Shown one piece after another: positions 1 to 11,576 of a stretch of DNA of 64,000 bases (within the stretch, counting starts at the first letter, position 1; the number at the start of each line of letters is the position of its first letter). A program made the position numbers and the translations under genes. A model generated the notes under the pieces. The model searched no databases. It saw only the letters and a program-made list of their open reading frames with translations, and was not told the origin of the DNA. Source of the stretch: Podarcis liolepis (lineage: Eukaryota); the NCBI GenBank assembly GCA_965112155.1, contig OZ218105.1; one strand, written 5' to 3'.

Positions 1-8
1 ATCAGGTA

Positions 9-261
9 CAGTGGTGCCCCGCAAGACGAATGCCTCGCAAGACAAAAAACTCGCTAGACGAAAGGGTTTTTTGGTTTTGCGTTGCTTCGCTAGACGAATT
101 TCCCTAAGGGCTTGCTTCGCAAGACGAGAACGTCTTGCGCTTTTTTCTTAAAGCCGCTTGAAGAGGCGCAGTTGCGACGGACCGTGCTTCGCAAGACGAA
201 AAACATCGCAAGACGAAAAGACTCGCGGAACGAATTATTTCCGCCTTGCGAGGCACCACTG
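9..261. mobile_element. Tc1/mariner (Tigger/pogo-like) MITE
   Basis: TIRs CAGTGGTGCCCCGCAAG (from 9) / CTTGCGAGGCACCACTG (to 261); TA on both sides (7-8, 262-263); repeated internal CGCAAGACGAA motifs. Confidence 0.9.
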
Positions 262-274
262 TACAAGTAACAAC

Positions 275-430
275 AACAGTCTTGTGGCACTTTTAAAAAC
301 TAATACAATCACTGAGGCATAAGACTTCAACAGATGCATGGAATGCACACTAGTCTATAAAAGCTTATGCAATAATAAATGTATTCATCTTTAAGGTGCC
401 ACAAGGGTCCTTGTTGTTTTTGCTGCAACA
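275..430. mobile_element. Penelope-like hairpin relic
   Basis: Inverted pair CTTGTGGCACTTTTAAA ... TTTAAGGTGCCACAAG, resembling the common sauropsid Penelope-derived repeat (recognised from memory). Confidence 0.55.
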
Positions 431-567
431 GAATAGCAGTCATCCATCTGTTAATAGGTACAAGGTATTTTAAGGTAATTGAAAGACTGTTTCCAGTACA
501 TGACATGCAATTTCCTTCTATAAGTACCAATTCACACTGTTCAGAGACCGAGTTGCCGCACCCTCAC

Positions 568-598
568 TTGGTGAACATGCCTCACTTGTGCCATTTTT
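568..598 (-). CDS. Candidate start-codon micro-exon (exon 2) of an unidentified minus-strand gene: MAQ or MAQVRHVHQ
   Basis: Minus strand reads ttggtttttacttccacag|AAAAATGGCACAA|gtgagg. ATG at 594-592 has A at -3 and G at +4. A second in-frame CAA|GTGAGG donor follows 568. Lies 1.2 kb downstream of the CpG-island donor. Confidence 0.4.
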
Positions 599-769
599 CT
601 GTGGAAGTAAAAACCAAGCCTAAGACCATTTATTTTAAAGTTCTAAGAGTACATTTTACTGATATTTTAGGGATAGTCCAGAAGTTCACCAGCAGGTGCA
701 CTACTGCACCCAGAGCTCAGAAACTGCTCACGCTTATGAAATTCCCAGTTGCAAAAATGCACCTAGAAC

Positions 770-916
770 TAGTGCTTTTTTTCCTTTAAAAATGTTTAGG
801 GGTACTCTCATTTTCCTACTCATATTGAAATACTGTCCCTCAATGAGGCCAAACTTAAGATTCACAGAATGTTTACGGGTATGCGTCCCTTTGCATACCC
901 CCAGAAAAAAGCACTG
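770..916. mobile_element. hAT-type MITE, short derivative of the family at 55479-55868
   Basis: TIR (C/T)AGTGCTTTTTT / AAAAAAGCACTG; 8-bp TSD cctagaac (762-769) / cctagaat (917-924). Confidence 0.85.
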
Positions 917-1828
917 CCTAGAATAATTGGAGTTTCCAACGCTGCTGGTATCCAACAATGCCTGAAAGGCCACATACTCCTGCTTTTACAGACACTCATT
1001 TCAGTGCAATATTCCCCCTCCACCTCCATTTCAGAGCACACGATTTGAAGTTAAACGGATCACAGTTGAGCTTTAAAAATCTTCCTGTATTCTCCACATC
1101 GGGCAGTTAAAGAGTAAAACAGATAAGCTCCCCTCGCCCCCGCCCCATATCTACCTCACAGAGCTCCTGTGCCTTCAACACACCCCAGAAAGCTATGGGT
1201 TTGTTTTGCAGCTTCAGTAGCATTGCAAGAAGCGAACATCGAACAAGATGCAGGGCAAAGCGATAAAGGAAAGTTCTTCAACACGTGGCCTGACCTGAAG
1301 CTCTTAGCCGGCTACCCGGCGGGTGGGGGAAAGAAGGAAGAGAGGAGGGGGGGACAAAAACAAAGCCTCCACGTGACACGCGGACCCGCCCCCGGAAAGC
1401 GCAGCGCGCTCCTTCGGAGTTTGAAAAGAGCGGCTTTTTCAAAAGGGTGATAGGAAGGGGAAGAGGAGGGTCCTCTTTTTCTCCAGCTCACGCGCAAGGT
1501 GGCCTCTCCCCCCCAGCTCCCGCTCACAAGGCCCAGCCTCGAAACCGGAGTCGGACCAGTTTATAGGGTGGGGGTGGGGTGTTCCTTGTTCCTGCTCCCG
1601 CGCTGAGGTCGGGCAGGTTTAACCGCAGAAGCGGCGGCGGCGGCATCTTTGGTTGGCTCGCTGTGGCTGCGGAGGGACACAGGGCAGCGGATGAATACGG
1701 CCGGTCGGCCGACCGGCTTCGAGCCGTGGAGGAAGAGGAGGCTTACAGGAGTCGGAAAGAAAGAGGCGCCGCGGGAAAGTCAAGCGGCCGGCAGGGAGCT
1801 CCGCCTCAGCCGGGCGCGCTCTTGTTAC

Positions 1829-1882
1829 CTGAGGCAGCTGCTCGGTGGCTGGAGGCAAGCGGCGGGAAAGCGAAACGGAAAG
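1829..1882 (-). other. Probable non-coding first exon of the minus-strand gene
   Basis: Minus strand CTTTCCGTTTCGCTTTCCCGCC...GCCTCAG|GTAACA, with donor GT at 1828-1827 and no ATG in the span. The 5' boundary is a guess. Confidence 0.5.
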
Positions 1883-2145
1883 TCGGAGGGGTCATACTTG
1901 GCCGCCGCGCCCGCCTTCCGACCGGCGAGGAAAGCGCTTCGTTTTCTGTTTGTTCTCCCCCGGCGTCTGCGACCGGCTCGGCCGAGGTGCTTTTGGCGGG
2001 ACGGAGCTGCCCCTGGTGGCCGGAGGCTGAGCTGGCGACTCTCCTGCTCTCCGCCTCTGAGGGGGATTTCCTTCCCTCCTTGCCAGAAAAGACTCCCCTC
2101 TTCCCGCTTTCTTCCTGGCAGGCTATTTGCTGGCGGACCATCTGA

Positions 2146-2322
2146 AGTAGCGCAGGAAGATCTGGACCAACCTACCCCCCGCGCAGGTCCATATAGCTCA
2201 GCGTAGTCTGCACTGACTGGCAGCAGCGGCTCTCGGGGTTTCAGGGAGACGATATGTCTCGGGGTTTGAAGCTGGGGGCTTCTGCACTCCCGGCGGATGC
2301 TTTGCCACAAGAGTTACCGCCC
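2146..2322 (-). mobile_element. Old tRNA-derived squamate SINE at the CpG-island edge
   Basis: Same family as copies at ~39040-39165, ~58850-59010 and ~19925-20070 (CTGACTGGCAGC..CTCTC..GGTTTCAGG..GAA.CTGGG..CTTCTGCA). Confidence 0.55.
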
Positions 2323-2691
2323 TTCCCTACTTAAGGCAGCAGGTCCACTTTTTCCTCACCATGCTCATCTAGTGTTTGCCCTGGTAGAGAAGCAACGACG
2401 GGGGGGGGGGGTGCGTAGGAGAGAACCCAGCAACTAGGAGTCACAAAGCAACTTAAAGCACCTGCACTTATTTTTATTGAACATTTTTGCCAAATCAAAA
2501 TACTGTCAGTATTTTGCAAACGGGGTGCTTCAAACAGAACAAATGCCATAATTTATTCATTACTGTTTATTAGAAACACTAGTTTAAAGTTCTTCACCCT
2601 TTCAAGTTGGACTCTTCAATTTGGGGCAACAAAGTGGGGGGAGGGAAAAGGAGAGGCCTGGGAGGGGGCATTATTCCTTCTTCCTCATTGG

Positions 2692-3043
2692 GTAAAGGTA
2701 AAGGGACCCCTGACCATTAGGTCCAGTTGTGACTGACTCTGGGATTGCGGCGCTCATCTCGCTTTATTGGCCGAGGGAGCCAGCGTACAGCTTCCGGGTC
2801 ATGTGGCCAGCATGACTAAGCTGCTTCTGGCGAACCAGAGCAGCACACAGAAATGCCGTTTACCTTCCCGCCTGAGTGGTACCTATTTATCTACTTGCAC
2901 TTTGACGTGCTTTCAAACTGCTAGGTTGGCAGGAGCAGGGACCGAGCAACGGGAGCTCACCCCATTGGGGGGATTCGAACTGCCAACCTTCTGATCAGCA
3001 AGTCCTAGGCTCTGTGGTTTAACCACAGCGCCACCCACGTCCC
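2692..3043 (-). mobile_element. Sauria SINE, full length
   Basis: tRNA-like head with B-box GGCAGTTCGAATCC on minus; (ACCTTT)n tail; TSD tcttcctcattgg / tctccctcattgg. Confidence 0.95.
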
Positions 3044-4316
3044 TCTCCCTCATTGGATAAACAATAAAGAGGGGGGGGTGAAACTGAGTGTGTGGAAAGT
3101 GCTCACCTTTGGAGGTGATAAAAAGAACTGAAAAGAATGTTTTCAATGCATTCATTTAAGTTTTGTGAGATGTGCATACAACTCTGTTATACGGATGATT
3201 CCTAGTAAAAGACTACTTTCCTGCAGAGATATGCACTTTATCTATCTAAGCAGAAAGACATTCAGACATTGACAGGTGTTGCACAGAGCAAACGTGCTGT
3301 GTCAGAATATAAATGTTGTTGGGATCTAGATACTTCATTTCTCCCTCCTCAATAAAGTATCATTCTTATGAACTATGCAACTTGCTACTTTCCTGGAATC
3401 TGCTCTGCTTGTTTTCATGAACCCTGAACTCGGGGGGTTTGATTAGAGCACTGCACAGTGGTTAACCCTGATCTGCTTGCAATATTAACAGAAAATGCTC
3501 TCTGTAACTACAAGTGAAATTATGCAATTGTCACTTGAACCTAGCTGTACTCCCTAGGAATGTTCCTTAAGCTAGCTTCTACTTAGACTTCTAAAGTCAG
3601 AAGCCAAATTGGCTAGTAATAGAAGAAATTTAGGCCAGTGCCAAACTTTTAAAATACACTCTTTCCTGCAATGTCACATTTCAAACAAAGTTTGTGTAAA
3701 TTTCAATTTAAAAGGGGCAGTAATTTTTGGTACTTGTCCGAGGTAAAGAACTGTAAGGTACTGCCACTGAGGGATATAGGGCATTCTTTTAAAAACATTG
3801 TTTGTGTGATTTAGGTTTAAGATACTTCCAAAGTCTCTAACATTTAGCCCCTAGCAATTAGTGAAGAGGCCACAGCTCATGCTTTGCATGCTGTGAAGTC
3901 CCTGGTTTAATCCCTGGCATTTCCAGATAAAAGAAGGTTGTGGCATCACTTGCACAGCATCACAAACCATAGTTAATTACACTTTGTTTGTTTTGTACCA
4001 GCCCCATTAGTGTGCAGAGGAAACAAACCATGATCCCTGATTTAGCATTATATCCAAACCAGGCCCTGTGGTATGTTTCACTCTCAAAATACCATAATCT
4101 TCCAAGATTTGTTCATGGCTTGCTAATTATTAGAGAGAGAAACCATTAATTCTCCTTTGCCCTTACAGTTAAGTCACGGTTCATGTTTTGTTTCCTCCAC
4201 ACATCTTCAGGGGGCGAGCATAGCAGCCCAGAAAGGCACAATGAAGATTATTATTTATAAATAATATTTTGTAAAATATAACACAACATATAAAATGTAA
4301 TAAAAAACATATAAAA

Positions 4317-4520
4317 CCTATTAACGGCTACTAGTCATGGCTACACACTACCTTTAGTATCAGAGGCAGTATGCCTTTGAAACCAGTTGCTGGGGATCAT
4401 GTGCAGGACACAATTTATTGTGCTCAAGTCCTGCTATTCAGGGACATCTGGTTCGCCATTGTAAGAAAAGAAAGATGCATTGGATAGGCCTTTGGTATGA
4501 TCCAATAGGGCTCTTATGAG
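4317..4520 (+). mobile_element. CR1 LINE 3' UTR fragment (old family)
   Basis: Homologous to the 3' UTR of the CR1 at 48810-49258; ends in CTCTTATG. Confidence 0.6.
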
Positions 4521-7500
4521 AATCCTCCTAAGTATCTTCATATTCACCATGTTTTACTATGATGTGCAAACTAGGTCATTGTGGAATACCTCTACTAGAG
4601 ACCCTGGCAAGATACTGCCATTCAAAATAGACAATAGTGGGCCAGATGAACAAATAATAGAACCTGATGTAAAATAGCAGAATGTAGTGAAAGTGAACAT
4701 GAATACTAAGGCATCATTGTAATGCAGTGGTTCCTAAACCCCATGAACCCTTTGAAAATTGCTGAGGGTATTGGCAGGCCATTTAATAGTTTTTCTGCAT
4801 GCTGTAGCAACTGTAATGTGTTGTGCTAAATGCTGTAGGGTTTTTAATAGCATTTTTGCAGACACACTGGATTATCTGAATGAAGTTTGCAGACCACGGC
4901 TGGTCTGTGGACCACAGTTTATGTAGCACACAGTTAATGATTTCAAATGATGCAACAGGTTCATTTTGAACTGTTGATATCAGAAGGCAATGATGGCTCC
5001 CCCCCCCCCCCGTGTGTTATTCACTCTGGGTGAAAAGCACGTTTGAGGGTAGTAAGACAGAAGCTGATTTTCAGGAAACTGTTTGCTCTGACAGGTATCC
5101 CCATTAAGGAACCCTAACAAACTTCTAAGGTAATTTCCTACTGCTTCAGTAGTAAAAGTTAGTAATCCCCAAGATTATTGTGGAAGGCATTCATGGAAAC
5201 AGAATGGTGGTGGGTGAGACTATGTGGATGACTACTCAAATATAATATGAAACTACTGTGTGAGGATACCTATGGATAATTATCTAGGGTTAGTTATCTC
5301 AATACATTTTATAATGATCAGTGATATTAAATAAACATTAATTTGTTGGTTTTGTTACCATCATTTACTCTTCTCTAAGTGAATATTATTTTAGCAGAAG
5401 GCTTTAAAAAGTTCTCAGTTCTCATTGTTCTCAGTTTTTGGTTTAAATTATTTTTGTATCAGTTCATGCAGAAAGCATATTTGATAATAAATGTGGGCAT
5501 GTTGCTGCTTTATAGCAGAGATGCATGCCAAAATATTTCACTTGTTATTATGAGGAAGATACAGTTATAAGTCAATATTGAAAAACATCCTTCAGGTGAA
5601 ACCATGATTGTTTATGTTCCCAGATGGACTTCTAACTTTCTTCTTTGAACAGCACAACAGCCCTCATGCCATAGAAACAACAATCCATAATCTACGGAAA
5701 TGAAAAACTGATCTGCCATACATTCTGGGGAGCAGCTCCTGTCCCCATTATATAAAAGGCATGTTAATTACACAAAGCTGATAGCATGGATTTTTGCATG
5801 ACAGCTGAAATGCTGAAAACAACTTTCAGCTGAAATCTGGGATTTGAGGCAGAAAATCCAAACTATTTGCTTTACATACACAAAATCAGTTTTCTTTTTT
5901 TAAAAAAATCTAAGTTTTGCGAAACAGCAAATAAAAAAACACACACAAGCTCATTTTTAAACCATAGCTATAAAACACACAATAAATTAGGTAACTGGTA
6001 ATTTGCTGCCGTTTACTGGTGGTACCCCAAATGTGCTTTGCCTACAAAGTTCTATTACTTTGTCATACAGTACTTTTATATGAAGAACTATTAAGTGCAG
6101 ATAATAGACAAGGCTTTATTGCATGTTAAATAGATTCAGGGCCAAACAGAAAGCATGTAGCCCTGAGCACTGTGAGTCTTACCCCCACATGCTGAAGGAC
6201 TTGACTCAAGCCAGCACAGTGGACCAATATAAGAGCAGGGTAATCTTGGCTCAGGATCCTTCCCTCTGTTGCGAACTTTTCCTATGCAGTAGGAAACTTG
6301 AGTACTAAGAACTGTGTATCGCAACCATTTGGAATACATACAAACATATTCTACTTTCCAAAATATACATTAATTAAAAAAATATATAGTACAAAGAGTT
6401 TTTTTTTTAAAAAAATGAAAGCTCTCAAAATCTAAATGTGTGAAACAAGTAAACTGGATGGAAGTCAATAAATTTCAGGCGGTCTACTCTGAATTTAAGT
6501 TAGATACAACTCATTAGTTTTATACTGATGAGAACATATTTTCCCAAACATTACAATGATACTATCTAGCTGTGCTTTGTACACTTAAAGGCCTGTTAAG
6601 TCTGCCATTCAGTTTTATATCAGTTGTTATAGTCACCTGGCATTCTTCCAAGAAATAACAAAGATAACTGTTCATCAACTTGGATATGCACACACCAAGC
6701 TGATACTTCCTCTGTGAGATTATGCTAGATCTCACATAATGCACTGAGCTGTTAAAGTACTTTAAAACATAGCCCACCAGGTACCAATATTTTACTTTTT
6801 ACTTGCCTCGTCATTAGAAAAATTCTTATTGATTTTGTAAAAATTCCTATTTAAACCAAGCTCTCTTGAGAAGAGAAACAACTAGAGGATTTTCTATTCT
6901 CCTTTTAAAATCCAGTTAAAAGGGGGATAGGAAGAGTCACATTTACTTTAAACAAAAGTTATTTTGTCCCAACAGGCATGACAAAACCTGTCTTCATTCC
7001 TTTCTATTCAGCTCAGCCAGTACAGTACTTAGGTTCAGTAAGTTAATCAGTTACCAGATTCTATAGCCTTTGTTTTCAAAGTCTAATTCTTATTTGACAT
7101 TGTACCTGGGAATATACTGAGATCTATATCCCTTGGTTTTAAACTGATCATAAAGGTGGGACTACAGTTTTGGTAATCCTAATTTTGGATAGCCTCTTCT
7201 ATTTGTTATTTAAAGCAAATAAGGACTTGACCTTTTAATATGCATATAAATTATGGCTATGCCGTATCAAACTTTGGAAAGATCATTTTATGTGCTAAAA
7301 TATTAAATTATTTAGGGGGTTGGCAGTGGAAAGTAAAATACAATTTTAGCATATGCATAGCATTTACCATATCATATTTCCATTGTGAGATTATTGTGTT
7401 TACCACATATTCTACACACAGAAGCTAAGACACGAAAGTAAGAGATTTGCCATAATTTATGTAGCAAGTCACTGGCAACTCTATTATTTAGGCCTTTCCC

Positions 7501-8720
7501 CCACTTCTGTTTCATGCACTAACCTACAGTTCTAACTATGCCTACTTAATAAAAAATCACTAAAAGGAACTGCAAAATGATGTCACCAGTAGCCATATAT
7601 GATACAGCAAAACAGTAATACTTAAACAACACAGAAATAAAATATACATCTACACTGCATAAGAAAATAAAAATTATGTGATAGGACTACACAAAATGCA
7701 CAATAAAGGGAGATTTTAAAAACTTACCTTTTGGTGGTGATTGTGAAAGGTTAATGTGACTTTGCTTTTGATGAGGAGTGGTGATTATTTATTGTTAGCT
7801 TTTCCCTGAGCTTATAAACATCAAGCACATGTAGGATGAGGGAGCCACTGTGGACCACAGTGCAGAATGCTGAGAGAAGTTCTGCTGCACCTAAGATATA
7901 TACAATGTGCAATGGATAACCTAATATGTCTTTCATTTAACTGGCTGGGCAGGTTTCTGCATTCTCTGGGACATGGAATCATACCAGAATTTGTTGGCAT
8001 AACAGGCCTGTCAAACCAGTTCCTTGGTAGAGCAGGAACCTGTTCAGCCAGTACGCATCAAAGGGCAGCTCAACATGCTGCGGCTCAACTTAACTCTGAA
8101 GCTTCGTAAGTGGTGAATTATTCACGCCTCCACCAACTCCCAACTTAGAATGTTGTAGCCTCCAGCAAAACAATTTACCAGAGGGTTGGGGAGTGCTGTA
8201 TCCGTATCAAATACAGCAATATCCTATTGTTGCACAGTCTTCATTATTGCATATCTAGATGAAGTGGTTGATAGATGCATTTCATTTATGAACGGGAAGA
8301 TAGGCAAGTAAACACTTTGAAACAAACCATAAAAATTGTTTTCCCCTCAATTAAATGAGATTTAAACATTACAAATGGTCAAAACAAAATCTGGGACCCA
8401 ATACAAAACTGTTTTGGTTTTTTTTTTAGTTCTGGATAGAAAATACTCCATTAAGTAGTGGAAGAGTTATTCTATTGCACATGTGATTAAAGTGTAGGTA
8501 GCACAACACCAGGGTACTTTCTGGAGTTGTGTTTCGTATGATCTGCTTTGGTACAGAAGGTGTGTGCAGGAGAGGCAGGTCAGAAGAGATATGTGTTTAA
8601 ACAAGTAAAACTCAGTAGCGAAATCTGTTGAAACATCATTTGCTGACAGTGAGATATTCCTAATTCCTATCCTGCTGCAGCCTATTGAAGGTTTTAAAAG
8701 CAGTTATGCTTTTACATTTT

Positions 8721-8828
8721 TGTTTATTCTTTTCTAAAATAAAAAAATGAATAACAAATAAGAAAATATTTTCATTACAGTATTTTCTTATTTGTTATTC
8801 ATTTTTATATTTCAGATAAAAATAAACA
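8721..8828. repeat. AT-rich inverted repeat / hairpin
   Basis: Perfect 26-bp arms at 8743-8768 and 8781-8806 with a 12-nt loop; imperfect extension to 8721/8828. Confidence 0.85.
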
Positions 8829-10406
8829 GGTGTGTGACAATCAGAATGTGCATAGCATTATAATACAGTTACACTTTATATTGTTTATGGCCTTGTAGAG
8901 ATCCCCTTTAACTCATAGTTAGTAAAGAAACAGACTCTAACCAAATCCTATGTTCTTATTGATCTATATAATCAGCATTTTTCACAGTGGCAGCATGATT
9001 TCCAGTGATTCCTAGAACGTTTTATTCTTACATAAGGCCTTTTCAGACTATTAATTCACTGAGCAACTACAGTAATGCACTGTAGTTGATTGTTAAATAC
9101 TATCCAGATGTATTCCCTGAAGAAACTAGACCTTTGGCTTGCATGGGCAAAATCTTTCCTAGCATACCAAAGCTGGCCCAAGACATTTTGCTGCCTGAGG
9201 TAAAGGACAAGATGGTAACCCCATCTTAGTGAGGGGAGCAGGCTACCTGAGAGTTGGCATCCTCAATGCAGTGTTTGGGGGCACTGTGGTGCTCGGAAAA
9301 TTATACCAAGGCATGCGCCAGGCTCTCCATTCCTCACTGTGCTGGACTGACTGTGAACATGCGGACATGTTTTCTGCTGAGGCCCTCCTACTGTGTTCTA
9401 AGTGGACACCAGCAGACACCAAGAAAGGAAGAGGAAGGAAGAAAGGTAAGGAGGAAGGGGGAGCAAAAAACAGAGAAGCCATAAAGATTGGGAGGGGTCC
9501 ACCCCTTCAAAAACCAACAAACCAACAAACCAGAGTAACCATGAAGGGAAAGATGGGGAGGGAGATGGAGCACCCATGAAGGGAGAGATGGGAGGCAAAA
9601 GCAAAGAAACACCTGGTAGCCATGAGTGAAGAGCTGGAGGGAACAAAAACAGAAAAATGAAAATGGCCATGAGAGGAAAGATGAAGGGAACAAAAAAACA
9701 GCAGCCATTTTGGTTGAGTGAGCTGTTACTTCATGCTATCCTCCCTCTAATGTTACCTTTCGGCACCAGGCATTCATTTTAAAAATATGTTTAGTTCTGC
9801 TAAACATTTTAAAATATGTTTAGGGGTATTTGTGTTTTGCTTTGGTGGGGGCGCAATGTTATATATTTTGTGCTTTCACTTTGTATTTTTATGCCCTGTG
9901 GTCGTTCAAAGCAGGGCGGAATATAAATTTAATTACGGTATAATTATTAAATAAATTAAATAATAACAATGATACCCCAGGCATATGCTGGTAGACGTTT
10001 GAAAGGGCTGGGAAGAATATTTTCTGTGCAAATTGGCCAGAGGTAGAAATGGTTTAACCTTCCCAAGAGTAGCCTCTAGTTTAAGCTTCAATTTGTCACT
10101 TAAGATGAAGTAGTTGATACTTCTTCAACATAGTGCATTCTTTAAAGGACTGATGCCACAATAGGCACTTAGGACAAAAGGGGGCTAAGTAAAGCCCATA
10201 TGTTGTTGGGAGGCAATAGAGGAGTGCACCTTTGGGGGTGAAGTCAAACTATTGGGTTGCAGTGTCTGCTGCACCTGTAAAGATATGTTTTGTTGCAGCT
10301 GATAAAGGTGTCCGGTTTTGTTTCATGCCCAGACACAATATGCATCTAAGGACCCTGAGCAACCAGTCTACTCATAAGTAACCAATCCCTGATGCTCCTT
10401 CATGGC

Positions 10407-10578
10407 CATAGGAGCCAGCTCCTAGGGGTCAAGGTCCTTTCGCCCCCCCTAAAATATTTGAGGGTGATGCCCCCCCAGTTGATAGGCATTGCCATTGAAA
10501 TGGGCATCATGTGATTCATTATGCAGGGCGGGGTTTACCTGCCCCCACCCCAATATTTTATTCAAGTTGGCACCCCAG
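10407..10578. mobile_element. Non-autonomous DNA element, same family as 62264-62410
   Basis: Shares CATAG(G/T)AGCCA.CTCC, AAATATTTGAGGG, GTTGAT.GGCATTGCCATT.AAATGG and TTATGCAGGGC.GGG.TTACCTG with the second copy. Confidence 0.6.
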
Positions 10579-10824
10579 TTCATGACCAACAGCTGTGGTT
10601 AGGATGTGGTTTAGGAAGTTAGAGTCTATAACTATAAGTTAGAGTCTTGTGCCTTCCATTTGTGGGAAGCAACACAGGTATCTATCCTTGCTGTGCTTTA
10701 TCTTGCCTGAAGTTTGTGATGTTGATGTTGGACAATTGACAATTGGGACTGGGCTACATCTCCAACCCTGCTCCATTGGTGAGTATTTTGGTGAAAGTTC
10801 TATCTTCTGTAACTGCGACCTGAG

Positions 10825-10965
10825 CATTAGAAGACCAATAGCCCATCCAGTCCAGGATCCTGTTCTCACAATGGCCAATCAGATGCCTATAGGAAACTCA
10901 AAGGCAGGACCCAACCACAAGAGCACTCTCCCCACATACCTCTGGTTTCCAGCAACTCTAGCCCT
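10825..10965 (-). mobile_element. CR1 3' UTR fragment
   Basis: GCCCATCCAGTCCAGGATCCTGTTCTCACAATGGCCAATCAGATGCC is the reverse complement of the UTR at ~49170-49230. Confidence 0.65.
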
Positions 10966-11101
10966 TAATGACATCCCTGGAACATGACATTCCAACTCCC
11001 ATGAGCCACAGCCAAAATAGACAATTGTCAAGGATTATAGGAGTTGGAATTCAACAACATCTGGAGGGCACAATGTTAGCTACCCCTGTTCAGAGCAAAG
11101 A

Positions 11102-11576
11102 CAGCGGCATAGGTAGCCACTCGTGCCTGGTGCGGCACAAGTATCCTGCAACCGTGGGTGGAGCAAGCCGCCCATGGGGGTGGTGCAAACTGCCCATGGG
11201 GGTGGGGCTAGCCAAGGCAGGGTGCGCTGCGTGGAGCCTCTTTGCAGCCTTCCCCACAGCTGTAGAGTGGCTTTGGTGGTGGGCTGATGCAAGCCCCACA
11301 TTGCTTGGAGCTTGCAGGTGGTCCCCTCACGAGAGACGCGTGGCTCAGGCATGCTGCAGGCCCCATGGTGTGGCGTCCGGTGCCCCCCACCTCACCTAGC
11401 TACCAGTTGCGTAGGAAGGGGTGTGTGGTGGGTGTGGGAGTTTTTTTTTTAAAAAAAGTGTCATGAGCCTAATTTTTTAAAATTTTAATTTAAAAACACA
11501 TATTTTTCCATCACCCCCCTCAATGATGACACCCGTGGCGGCCCACACCCACCACACCCCCTTTCCTACGCTGCTG
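11102..11576. mobile_element. Composite GC-rich hAT-like MITE
   Basis: Termini CAGCGGCATAG / CTACGCTGCTG; TSD agcaaaga (11094-11101) / agcaaagg (11577-11584); internal self-complementary unit at 11404-11576. Confidence 0.65.

Larger units (their letters stand above)
1130..2330 (-). promoter_or_regulatory. CpG island promoter
   Basis: The only extended GC/CpG-rich stretch in the window. GC box near 1137-1146, CACGTG E-boxes at 1282-1287 and 1370-1375, several CGGAA ETS-like cores. The best splice donor is on the minus strand. Confidence 0.85.

Noticed and set aside
568-1882. Identifying the minus-strand gene as ANXA5 (non-coding exon 1, exon 2 ending in MAQ)
   Set aside because: Only three codons support it, and the upstream neighbours I recall from the human locus (SMIM43, EXOSC9) are not visible in 62 kb. 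No symbol assigned.
1579-2310. Overlapping 111-188 aa ORFs in the CpG island
   Set aside because: GC-rich, stop-poor sequence gives ORFs in several frames on both strands; no recognisable domain and mostly non-ATG starts.
2767-2994. Recurrent AEGAGVQLPGHVASMTK ORFs (also at 14756, 32026 and 51187)
   Set aside because: These are antisense translations of Sauria SINE copies, not a gene family.
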